Virus record (IMG/VR): IMGVR_UViG_3300033076_000864
Coordinates: 1 to 41,808 of that record
DNA length: 41,808 bases
Direction: 5' to 3' (one strand)
Source: a virus
Lineage: Duplodnaviria > Caudoviricetes
This document shows, piece by piece, positions 7,819 to 14,818 of this stretch; the first letter of the stretch is position 1, and each line of letters opens with the position of its first letter. The notes under the pieces are model-generated. The model saw nothing but the letters and a program-made list of their open reading frames with translations, had not been told where the DNA came from and did no database searches. The position numbers were made by a program, and so were the translations under genes.

Positions 7819-8353
7819 GGCACGCCTCGCCGTCGTCGTCAAAGAACGGAGCATCGTCGCCAGATTCGTACCAGCCGCAGCTTGCGCCGCTGTCCTCAAG
7901 TGCCGAGCCAGATCGGGCATCGCAACCCCAAGCGTGTACGCACGACTCGCAACCCGATTGCAGGGCCGTGGCGGCACCTAGGACTGGCGTTTCTTGCCGT
8001 GTCGCAGTCTCTACCGCCTGTAGCCGATCCCAAGCCTCTTGTGCCTCTTGCCGCGATTCGCGGACCTTTGCACGCTCGCCGCGCCCCAAACTGGCCAGCC
8101 TTGCCGCCAGCGCGTCACGTTCCGCCGTGATCTTCGCAAGCGCAACGTCCCCAGCGTGACGGGCGACCTTGACTTCTGGCAACTCGACACCCGCCAGTTT
8201 GCCGACCTGCCGCGACAACACGCGGTCAAGCTCGTCGCGCCAGAAGGTCACGCCCGCGTCGCCTTCCGGGTTCAGGGTTTGGATTGCTTGCAAACAGTCC
8301 ACGATGGCGCGCTTGTAGGCTTGGCGCGCTGCCTTACTTTCTGACTTTGCCAT
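7808..8353 (-). CDS. Hypothetical coiled-coil protein with acidic/Cys C-terminus (MAKSESKAAR...)
   Basis: ATG 8353 after GGGAG. The upstream extension shown in the ORF track runs through an RNA element and another gene. Confidence 0.7.
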   Translation of the reverse strand: MAKSESKAARQAYKRAIVDCLQAIQTLNPEGDAGVTFWRDELDRVLSRQVGKLAGVELPEVKVARHAGDVALAKITAERDALAARLASLGRGERAKVRESRQEAQEAWDRLQAVETATRQETPVLGAATALQSGCESCVHAWGCDARSGSALEDSGASCGWYESGDDAPFFDDDGEACHAN

Positions 8354-8382
8354 TGGTGCTCCCGCTGCTGCACTCCCGTGCA

Positions 8383-8433
8383 TGGTCGCCGGTCCTAGGT
8401 TTGAGCTAGGGCGCACCCTTGCGGGCACCGGCG
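8383..8433 (-). ncRNA. tRNA-like element 2 (7-bp acceptor, GCAA hairpin, T-arm, ACCA)
   Basis: CGCCGGT GCCC-GCAA-GGGT GCGC CCTAG CTCAAAC CTAGG ACCGGCG A CCA; starts 8 nt after a TAG stop. The T-loop is a variant. Confidence 0.75.
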
Positions 8434-8441
8434 GGCTGGAA

Positions 8442-8702
8442 CTATCGGCGCTTGGTGACCTTGCAACCGCGCAGGCTGTAAGCGGTAGCCGTGGCGTCAT
8501 TGCCGCGCACTTCAAACCGCCAAGCCACGTAGCGTGTAATCTCGCCGCGACAGCCTGCGCACGGACAGATCGGGAACGTCGCCCACGGTAAAGCCTTGTT
8601 TTCCTCGGGTCCGGCGCAAGTAAGCGAGTTGTTGATAGCATCTGCGCGGGTCGTGCCGCCATCGTACGAAAGTCCGCCACGGAACGCTATGAAATTGTGC
8701 AT
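8442..8702 (-). CDS. Hypothetical protein (MHNFIAFRGG...)
   Basis: ORF flanked by tRNA-like elements 3 and 2; CPCAGC motif. Confidence 0.65.
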   Translation of the reverse strand: MHNFIAFRGGLSYDGGTTRADAINNSLTCAGPEENKALPWATFPICPCAGCRGEITRYVAWRFEVRGNDATATAYSLRGCKVTKRR

Positions 8703-8745
8703 TGTTTCCCGCTTTGGGCATCCCTGCCCCTACTGCATCATTGCA

Positions 8746-8792
8746 TGGCTCGGCGCCCCGGAATCGAACCGGGCCTAGCTCCGTCGCGCCGA
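8746..8792 (-). ncRNA. tRNA-like element 3 (7-bp acceptor, 12-nt linker, T-arm, GCCA)
   Basis: TCGGCGC GACGGAGCTAGG CCCGG TTCGATT CCGGG GCGCCGA G CCA; starts 8 nt after a TAG stop. Confidence 0.85.
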
Positions 8793-8800
8793 TGGTGTCG

Positions 8801-9193
8801 CTAGCAGTAGCGGCCCCGGTCCAGGTGTTCGTGTTCGCCCGGCTTGTCTTCGCAGTACACCATGATCGCGCCTTCCGAATTCACATCCGAAACACGGCGC
8901 CCGTCGTCCTCCTCGGCGTAGGAATCCCAAAGTGCCCGCGCCACCGCCGGCAAATCATCGCCCCGGCGGACCATGACGCTGGCAACGTGCTGCATCATCG
9001 TGCGCCACCATCCACCTTCCTCGGGTCCGCCGTACTCAAGCCATGCCCGGTACGCCCCGAGGAACCTGGGCGCGGGGTTGCTGTCAAAGTCCGGCAAGCG
9101 ATCGTCGCGCGGCCCTAAGTCCTCGCCGCACCACCGGCAAGTGTTCGTTCCGCTGGCGCGCCAGCAATCGCAAGTAGTGGTCATCGTGGTCAT
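8801..9193 (-). CDS. Conserved-looking phage hypothetical protein (YGGPEEGGWW motif)
   Basis: ATG after GGGGGA; motif recalled from other phage early proteins, not database-checked. Confidence 0.7.
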   Translation of the reverse strand: MTTMTTTCDCWRASGTNTCRWCGEDLGPRDDRLPDFDSNPAPRFLGAYRAWLEYGGPEEGGWWRTMMQHVASVMVRRGDDLPAVARALWDSYAEEDDGRRVSDVNSEGAIMVYCEDKPGEHEHLDRGRYC

Positions 9194-9278
9194 AGTTGTC
9201 CCCCGTGGTGTAACCGAGCTATCCAGCGCTCGCGACTGCCGCACAAGCCGTAGCTTGCGGGCAGGGTGCGAACGTTGG

Positions 9279-9545
9279 TTAGGCTTGCACGTCGACCGGG
9301 CGCTTGTCGTCAAGGCACACAGCCACGTACGCCACGTTGTTGCCGCGCTCCGGCGCGCTGCCCATGCGCCACGAACCCGACCAACCGAGCTTGGCGAGCA
9401 AGGTGCGGACGGCTTCGGCGTGCGCCTCGGTCAAGCCATGAGCGTGCGGATAACTGATCGTCACGCTACCGGCGTCGCAGCTCGCCTTGATGCGCGCACC
9501 ACTGTTGTTTGTCGGACACAGGTACTTGGTTACGATAGCTTGCAT
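9279..9545 (-). CDS. Phage hypothetical protein (MQAIVTKYLCPTNNSGARIKA...)
   Basis: N-terminus resembles a widespread small phage early-protein family (recalled, not checked); AGGGG RBS. Confidence 0.75.
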   Translation of the reverse strand: MQAIVTKYLCPTNNSGARIKASCDAGSVTISYPHAHGLTEAHAEAVRTLLAKLGWSGSWRMGSAPERGNNVAYVAVCLDDKRPVDVQA

Positions 9546-9672
9546 GATCTTGCCCCTATGCGCTCCCGCGCTTTGTGCCTCATCGGTCACGGTCCCTACC
9601 GTGTGCAGATCCGCCAGCGTGCAGGCTGAGGCTTGGATCCGTTGCGCGTTTCCGTCGCGCCCCGGTTGCCAG

Positions 9673-9906
9673 CTAGTCGTCTGCCCAATCAGCAAACCCA
9701 ATGATGCACGGCGCTCGCTTGCCAACAGGGCGAATCTCGACATGGCCGCCAGCGCTGTAAACGTCACAGCGCTTGCCCGTCAAGCCCATTGCAGCCTTGA
9801 CCGCGCGAACAACGCCGCGGGTCGTCGCGGCCTTGGCCGTCGACCGGTTGACCCAGCAGTAATTCGCTTCGCCACCAAAAGTGTCAGTAACTTCGATATT
9901 CCACAT
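9673..9906 (-). CDS. Phage hypothetical protein (MWNIEVTDTFGGEANYCWV...)
   Basis: TDTFGGEANY motif of a small phage protein family (recalled); GGAG RBS; first gene after P2/P3. Confidence 0.75.
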   Translation of the reverse strand: MWNIEVTDTFGGEANYCWVNRSTAKAATTRGVVRAVKAAMGLTGKRCDVYSAGGHVEIRPVGKRAPCIIGFADWADD

Positions 9907-10008
9907 GATCCCTACTCCATCGGGCATCCCTGCCCCTTGCCGGTTGACGTGTCGGCTGCACCATTCGTCTATCGCGATTCGCACCATGCGAACCTGCCAC
10001 TAGACCCT

Positions 10009-10025
10009 AGCAAGCCCCGTGCCAA
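10009..10025 (-). promoter_or_regulatory. Sigma-54 promoter P2
   Basis: TTGGCACG-GGGC-TTGCT, an exact consensus match. Shares an upstream TTCGCCA with P1. Confidence 0.85.
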
Positions 10026-10100
10026 CATGGCGAAACACTCCTATTCTGCAATAATCCCATAGTCTATAACCAAACGGTAACAGACCGACAGCCACGGCAC

Positions 10101-10159
10101 ATTCTCAGTCTGAGGCAAAACCCGTGTTCCATTCTGAGACCGCAGAGACAGTTGAGACG
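10101..10159. promoter_or_regulatory. Enhancer-like palindromes upstream of P2
   Basis: attctcagtctgaggca (10101), tgttccattctgagacc (10125) and half-site tgagacg (10153); same motif as 7372-7427. Confidence 0.65.
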
Positions 10160-10163
10160 CGAC

Positions 10164-10199
10164 TTCACTCCGTACTGAAATTTCACTGCGTACTGAAAT
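10164..10199. repeat. Tandem 18-bp repeat x2, each with a TTCA-N8-TGAA dyad (operator-like)
   Basis: ttcactccgtactgaaat / ttcactgcgtactgaaat, abutting P3. Confidence 0.7.
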
Positions 10200-10216
10200 T
10201 GCCAAGCCCGTGCCAA
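10200..10216 (-). promoter_or_regulatory. Sigma-54 promoter P3
   Basis: TTGGCACG-GGCT-TGGCA with correct GG/GC spacing. Confidence 0.65.
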
Positions 10217-10238
10217 ACGCCGCCCCAACCCCGAGAAA

Positions 10239-10290
10239 ACTAGACAAACGTCAAGTAGATATCTGTACAACTACTTGATAAACGTCTAGT
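10239..10290. promoter_or_regulatory. AT-rich imperfect palindrome containing a consensus IHF site
   Basis: actagac...tcaagtag-N12-ctacttga...gtctagt. The reverse complement of 10268-10280 is TATCAAGTAGTTG, matching WATCAANNNNTTR. Confidence 0.55.
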
Positions 10291-11147
10291 GGCGGATGGG
10301 ATAGAGGGTAACAGCGTCCCTAAGCCCGGAAAAGCAGTCCGCCCGCAAGGCTCCAACCCATTAGAATCGCCCCACAACCGCCTCACAAGCGGCGAGAATC
10401 CGGCAGGCGGGCATTGGGCACGGCAAGCCCCGTTCCTCGCGTCCTAGGGCAACGTGGTGCGTCGACTTCAAGGGGCGGAATCCAACCCCAACCCCACGCG
10501 CCGGACCACAATGGCGAGGCTGCAACGGGACTACCGATCCTCGCTCCGCAACCAACAGACGCGCGTGCATTACAGGGCATCGAGGCAGGGGCAGGGGCAG
10601 GGGCGGCAAGGGCCTTCGTGGCCGCTCGCCTGGCCGGCGACCCGGTTTCAGCGTAGGCCCCCGCTTGCGCGTAGGAAATATGCCTAACACCTCCCCACGC
10701 ACATTTGGGATTTTAGGGACTGAAAGGCGTGTGACGGGAATGGGCTCGACGAGGCACCCCATGCAAAGCGGGCTCTACGGGCTCTAACCCCAACCTGACG
10801 AACCTGACAGAGAAGCAGTCGGTCGAAGGTCAGGAGGGCGAGTAGCAGACAGGGGGGTTACAGAGTGGGGGTAGGGGTTGTTTTAGGGGAGTTTTGGGAA
10901 AAAAGTTGGGAGGGTTGTACGCAGGGAGGGCTCGGTAGGCCGGACATGCGCATAGGTGGTTTGTTTTAGCGGAACCATCGCCGCTCGCGGATCCGCTTGA
11001 GGCGTCTCATGCCCGCTCGCTACACCAAACCGCGTCCTTTGCGGGCGTGTTATTCTACCGACAGTGTCGGTGTGGCTGCATCCCCTCCTAAGGTTCCCCA
11101 ATGAGGCCACAGGTTCAGGTTTTGGGCAATGCAGAAAGGCAAAAATA

Positions 11148-11231
11148 AGAGTTCTCTTAGAATTGAGCGCGACGGCATATAGCGCACAGGTGGCTAGTTT
11201 GGTCGTTGTTTATGAGAGTTCTCTTAGAATT
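11148..11231. repeat. 17-bp exact direct repeat x2 (agagttctcttagaatt)
   Basis: Copies at 11148-11164 and 11215-11231; internal dyad TTCT-N3-AGAA. Confidence 0.75.
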
Positions 11232-11583
11232 CGATTTCAGGGAGCGTGATCACATCTGGGGGCTTGACAAGATTTTCTTCGGAGGGTGTCTCGCAAGCCG
11301 TTGAGTCATGGTTAGGTTGCGGTAATGGTGTAGGATTTAGCAGGAACGAGAGCAGGGCGCCAATGGTTTTGGGCCAGACGCGGTGGGGCATGACGTAGTA
11401 GGCGCCCATGCGTCCGAGGTGGTATTCGGTTGGCACGATGCGGAAGGTGCCGTGGCGGCGGCTTTGGGCAATAACGCACCATACGCCTTCGCAGATCGGC
11501 TCCATGCGAACAACGATGTGCGCGGGGGTGCGAGCAAATAAGGCGTCGCGCAGGGCGTAGGCGTCGTTGCTGTTGTCAAGCAC
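11224..11583 (-). CDS. Hypothetical protein
   Basis: GTG start overlapping the upstream gene; co-oriented chain. Confidence 0.55.
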   Translation of the reverse strand: MLDNSNDAYALRDALFARTPAHIVVRMEPICEGVWCVIAQSRRHGTFRIVPTEYHLGRMGAYYVMPHRVWPKTIGALLSFLLNPTPLPQPNHDSTACETPSEENLVKPPDVITLPEIEF

Positions 11584-11758
11584 GATGCGCTCTTTGGCTC
11601 AAGAACAACCGCCACTTCTCGCCGTTGAATTTATGGAACAATACGACACGGTCGGGCTCAGACTGTAGGCGGTAGCAGGAGCGCAGAATACGCCAGTGCC
11701 GGCAGGTCAGGTTGCGGCCCCAGAGGACGGCGCGGAATAGGCGGGTGCGGCGGGGCAT
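11576..11758 (-). CDS. Hypothetical basic protein
   Basis: ATG after GGGAGG, adjacent to the upstream TAG. Confidence 0.55.
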   Translation of the reverse strand: MPRRTRLFRAVLWGRNLTCRHWRILRSCYRLQSEPDRVVLFHKFNGEKWRLFLSQRAHRA

Positions 11759-11932
11759 CTAGCCCTCCCTATCCGCACGGTCAAGCCGTGCGAACCAAGT
11801 GCGGGTGCGACCGCGCCGCTCCGCTTTGAGTCTGCGCCGCTCCAGCATTTTGTCGCGCTGCGGAAGCCAGCTTCCAGGGCTCACTTGGCCGCCCGCAGCG
11901 ACCTTGAATAGCTTGCTGTGGCCGATTTGCAT
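11759..11932 (-). CDS. Hypothetical Arg-rich protein (57 aa, MQIGHSKLF...; not in ORF track)
   Basis: Exactly fills the gap, with TAG|ATG junctions on both sides. Confidence 0.5.
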   Translation of the reverse strand: MQIGHSKLFKVAAGGQVSPGSWLPQRDKMLERRRLKAERRGRTRTWFARLDRADREG

Positions 11933-12148
11933 CTAGTGTACCTCAGCGGCCCCAGCGATATGCAAGGCGGGGTCTGCGAAAGACCGGGCGGCTTGTTGCA
12001 GGATAAGTGCGGCGTCAGCCAGATCGACCGGCGAGAGGCAGACGGCGGTGTTGCCCTTGACGAGCAAGACGATGGGCACAAGCTCGGGGTCGGCAGCGCA
12101 GCGGCGGAAGGCGTCGCGGAACAAGGCGCGGGCATCTGGAGCGTTCAT
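11933..12148 (-). CDS. Hypothetical protein (MNAPDARALF...)
   Basis: ATGA overlap; GAGG RBS. Confidence 0.6.
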   Translation of the reverse strand: MNAPDARALFRDAFRRCAADPELVPIVLLVKGNTAVCLSPVDLADAALILQQAARSFADPALHIAGAAEVH

Positions 12149-12507
12149 TCTCGCCTCGAAAGGATAGCCGGGCGGACCCGGTAGCGGTCGGTCAGGTCGA
12201 ACAAGTGCACAGCTACCGAGGCGTCGGATGTGACGGAAGCGGCAAAGACCGGCAGGGCGCGGCATGGCTCGATGCGGACAGGACCGAGCGAGGTGCCAAA
12301 GGACAGGAGCTTGTTGCGGACGCGCTTGCCGTCGAAGGCGGCGGGCATCTGCTTCTCGATAGCGCTAAAGACGTAGGGGTGGACATGCAGGCAATCGGGG
12401 CGCGGCATGGACTTGGTTCGGGCGTCGTAGAACAATTGCAGCAGGTCAAGCTCGATTTCGTCGGGCGGTCGACCGGCAGCGAGGCGAAGGCGCAGGGCGA
12501 ACTTCAC
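12145..12507 (-). CDS. Hypothetical protein (VKFALRLRL...)
   Basis: GTGA overlap with the HTH gene. Confidence 0.6.
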   Translation of the reverse strand: MKFALRLRLAAGRPPDEIELDLLQLFYDARTKSMPRPDCLHVHPYVFSAIEKQMPAAFDGKRVRNKLLSFGTSLGPVRIEPCRALPVFAASVTSDASVAVHLFDLTDRYRVRPAILSRRE

Positions 12508-12662
12508 GGCTTCACATCCGGCAGATCCTTGCGCAGCACCCGCCACCGCCCGCCAACGCGGAAAGCCGGAAGCGAGCCCTTGGCGATCCAAGTGCGAACG
12601 GTCACCGCCGCCACGTTCAAGCGCGCGGCCACTTCGGCAGGGGTCAGGTAGTCAGGTTGCAC
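12504..12662 (-). CDS. Excisionase-like/MerR-type (HTH_17) DNA-binding protein, 52 aa (not in ORF track)
   Basis: MQPDYLTPAEVAARLNVAAVTVRTWIAKGSLPAFRVGGRWRVLRKDL; GGAGG RBS. Confidence 0.88.
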   Translation of the reverse strand: MQPDYLTPAEVAARLNVAAVTVRTWIAKGSLPAFRVGGRWRVLRKDLPDVKP

Positions 12663-12682
12663 GGGCGGATCCTCCGATAGCG

Positions 12683-12731
12683 ATTATAGCGTTTCGAGCG
12701 TAGTTGACAAGTGTGGCGTTTGCGGTAGCCT
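12683..12731. promoter_or_regulatory. Overlapping divergent sigma-70-like promoters
   Basis: + strand TTGACA(12704)-16 bp-TAGCCT; - strand TTGTCA(12710)-16 bp-TATAAT(12688). Sits at the strand switch. Confidence 0.6.
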
Positions 12732-12780
12732 ATTGCGGACAATCGGACGGATTTGAGCCGATTGTGCACAGAGGGAAACG

Positions 12781-13299
12781 ATGGCAATGCGCCCCACAGC
12801 CCCGCAAGTGATCGATGCCGAGGTCGCCTACGACTTGCCGATGGACGACAGGTCCGCGCAAGGTCCGCTGGAAATGCCGGCAGTAGCGCCCATTGAGGTG
12901 TTCCGGTCGGTTACACGCTGTTCGTCGGACACGGACTACCTGTCGCCGCAGCAGGCATCGGACGTGCTGCTAGACGGCAATCCAGGGCGCTACGGTGCAT
13001 TGGCGCCGATTCTGGAGCGTGCCTACATCGTCGTGCGCGAGGAACTCGTGCACATGCGCATCCCGCTGGCGACGGCTGAGGTTCGCGTAGGTCGCCGACG
13101 AATGCCGCGCGAAGGCGAGACGAGCAAGACCGTCTACACGAGCCCGTACACCTTCATCTGCATTACCGGCGACGAGCAGGCGATTGCGCTGCTATGGCCC
13201 TTTGCGGACTCGACCTTGCGGCGCTTTGCTCAGGTCGTAGCGCGGGGCGCGCTTGCTGAGATTCAACAGGAGGACATCGATGCGAACCTTCGGGCTTGA
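12781..13299 (+). CDS. Hypothetical protein
   Basis: ATG after GAGGG; first rightward gene. Confidence 0.7.
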   Translation: MAMRPTAPQVIDAEVAYDLPMDDRSAQGPLEMPAVAPIEVFRSVTRCSSDTDYLSPQQASDVLLDGNPGRYGALAPILERAYIVVREELVHMRIPLATAEVRVGRRRMPREGETSKTVYTSPYTFICITGDEQAIALLWPFADSTLRRFAQVVARGALAEIQQEDIDANLRA

Positions 13300-13966
13300 G
13301 GACATTGACGATATTCGCAATGCCCCACGGGCACTTACGCTTGTGGAAGAATTTGCGCTAGCGGAAGCGGCGTGGCACATGCGCGAAAAGCGGATGACGA
13401 CGCGCGGGCACCAACTGCGCATCTACGAGCTGCTGCGCAAGGCCATGACGGCGTACCGTGGGCACAAGTCCTGCCCTTGGTTCGAGATCACCTACCACCG
13501 CCGCGACGGCAAGATTTGGGATCCGACCAAGATTGCCAACCGCGCCGCAGCCTTTGAGCAGAAGATCCGCAAAGAGCAGGAGGCGGGCAAGAACGTCTAC
13601 CTCGTGCCCAAGGAAGCGGCGACGCCCAAGGTCGAAGCGGACCCCGACGACGCGGCGGTGGTCGACCCTAAGCGCATTTCGCCCTTGGCGCTGGCTGCTC
13701 AAGCGGCGGCATCCCGCAACGGCTTCGCGGCCGATACGCCAGAAGCGGTTGAGTTGGTGAACGCGCAAGCCGAACTCGCGGCGCTGACCACCAAGAACAA
13801 GGGCGGGCGCCCCCGCAAAGTCGTGCAGGATGCGACGGTCGCAAAGGCTGTGCAGCAAGCCGAAGGCAAGCGTACCCTAAGCACCGAAGGCCGGGCGAGG
13901 ATCGCTGCGGCTGCATCAGAACGGTGGGCGAAGCGCCGTGCCGAACAGGAGAACACAGCACAATGA
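13280..13966 (+). CDS. Hypothetical DNA-binding protein (AT-hook-like GGRPRK; basic C-terminal helix)
   Basis: ATG 13280 after GGAGG; contains KNKGGRPRK and KRTLSTEGRARIAAAASERWAKRR. Confidence 0.7.
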   Translation: MRTFGLEDIDDIRNAPRALTLVEEFALAEAAWHMREKRMTTRGHQLRIYELLRKAMTAYRGHKSCPWFEITYHRRDGKIWDPTKIANRAAAFEQKIRKEQEAGKNVYLVPKEAATPKVEADPDDAAVVDPKRISPLALAAQAAASRNGFAADTPEAVELVNAQAELAALTTKNKGGRPRKVVQDATVAKAVQQAEGKRTLSTEGRARIAAAASERWAKRRAEQENTAQ

Positions 13967-14217
13967 AACCGCAAGACATTCAAGAAGCCGCCAAGCGCGC
14001 GATGGGCTCCGGCAAGAAAGACGAGATGCCGCAAGGCGACGGAAAGCACATCGACATCCACCTGCGCATTTGCCTGCCAACTGTGGACGACGAGCTTGAC
14101 GCCGACACCCCCGAGGACAGCAGCGGCGAGTACCAGATGCCGACCGAAGAAGGCAAAGCGCCGACCAAGCAGCCCAAGGGTGAGCAGCCCGAGGACGAAA
14201 CCAAAGAGGACAAATAG
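13963..14217 (+). CDS. Small acidic hypothetical protein (MKPQDIQEAAKRAMG...)
   Basis: ATGA overlap; AGGAG RBS. Confidence 0.7.
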   Translation: MKPQDIQEAAKRAMGSGKKDEMPQGDGKHIDIHLRICLPTVDDELDADTPEDSSGEYQMPTEEGKAPTKQPKGEQPEDETKEDK

Positions 14218-14220
14218 CCC

Positions 14221-14811
14221 ATGCCGCAAGTCACCTCGCTCAAACTGTACGACGGCGAAGCCACCATCGCGAGCGGTGAGGCTCCAGACGCGCCCATTTC
14301 CAACCAGCAAGTGCTCGACAAAGCCGGCATGGAAGCCCTTGCCGAAGTGCAGAGCAAGGGCATTGGGCGTATCGAAGTCGTGCTGTCGCCTACCGAGGTG
14401 GCTTGCGGAGTGCTAAACGCCTTTATCAATCAGACGTTGAACGCACTTGGCGAAATGCTCCACGTTTGGGAGAGCGCCGGCAAGCAGACGGACCTTGGCT
14501 CAGGCGCTTCCGAGTACGCAGACGGCGCGTTCGTCATGATGAAAGGACAACTTGCCAACCAGGCAGAGCGCGTGCGGCACGCGGCAGAACACGACCGGCG
14601 GCTGGTCGAAGCGCGCAAGGTCATCTTGTCCGCCGACCTGCTTGCCAAGCGCGTCAATGTGCAGCGCAACAGCGCCCCCGGCATCGAACTGTTCAAGGTG
14701 CTTATGCTCGTGCTCCACCAACTCGCTCACCCCGAGAAGCGCCCTGCCGAGCGCCAGTACGCGCTTGACCTGTGGGCAGCCACCCGCAAGCGCATCGCCG
14801 CGCAAGTGTAG
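14221..14811 (+). CDS. Hypothetical protein
   Basis: ATG after GAGGA; tight packing. Confidence 0.7.
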   Translation: MPQVTSLKLYDGEATIASGEAPDAPISNQQVLDKAGMEALAEVQSKGIGRIEVVLSPTEVACGVLNAFINQTLNALGEMLHVWESAGKQTDLGSGASEYADGAFVMMKGQLANQAERVRHAAEHDRRLVEARKVILSADLLAKRVNVQRNSAPGIELFKVLMLVLHQLAHPEKRPAERQYALDLWAATRKRIAAQV

Positions 14812-14818
14812 GTGCCGG

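Noticed and set aside
9205-9235. Fourth tRNA-like element (hairpin followed by ACCA)
   Set aside because: The loop is not a T-loop and there is no 7-bp acceptor stem.
9241-9258. Fourth sigma-54 promoter (shares gcacaagccgt with P1)
   Set aside because: Lacks the TGGCAC -24 element; better explained as a UACG-capped hairpin.
11148-11231. Mini-CRISPR array
   Set aside because: Only two 17-bp copies with a 50-bp gap; no cas genes or further repeats.
10041-11249. Short ORFs in the control region (e.g. 10064-10270, 10454-10687, 10883-11110)
   Set aside because: No RBS or codon bias; they overlap regulatory repeats.
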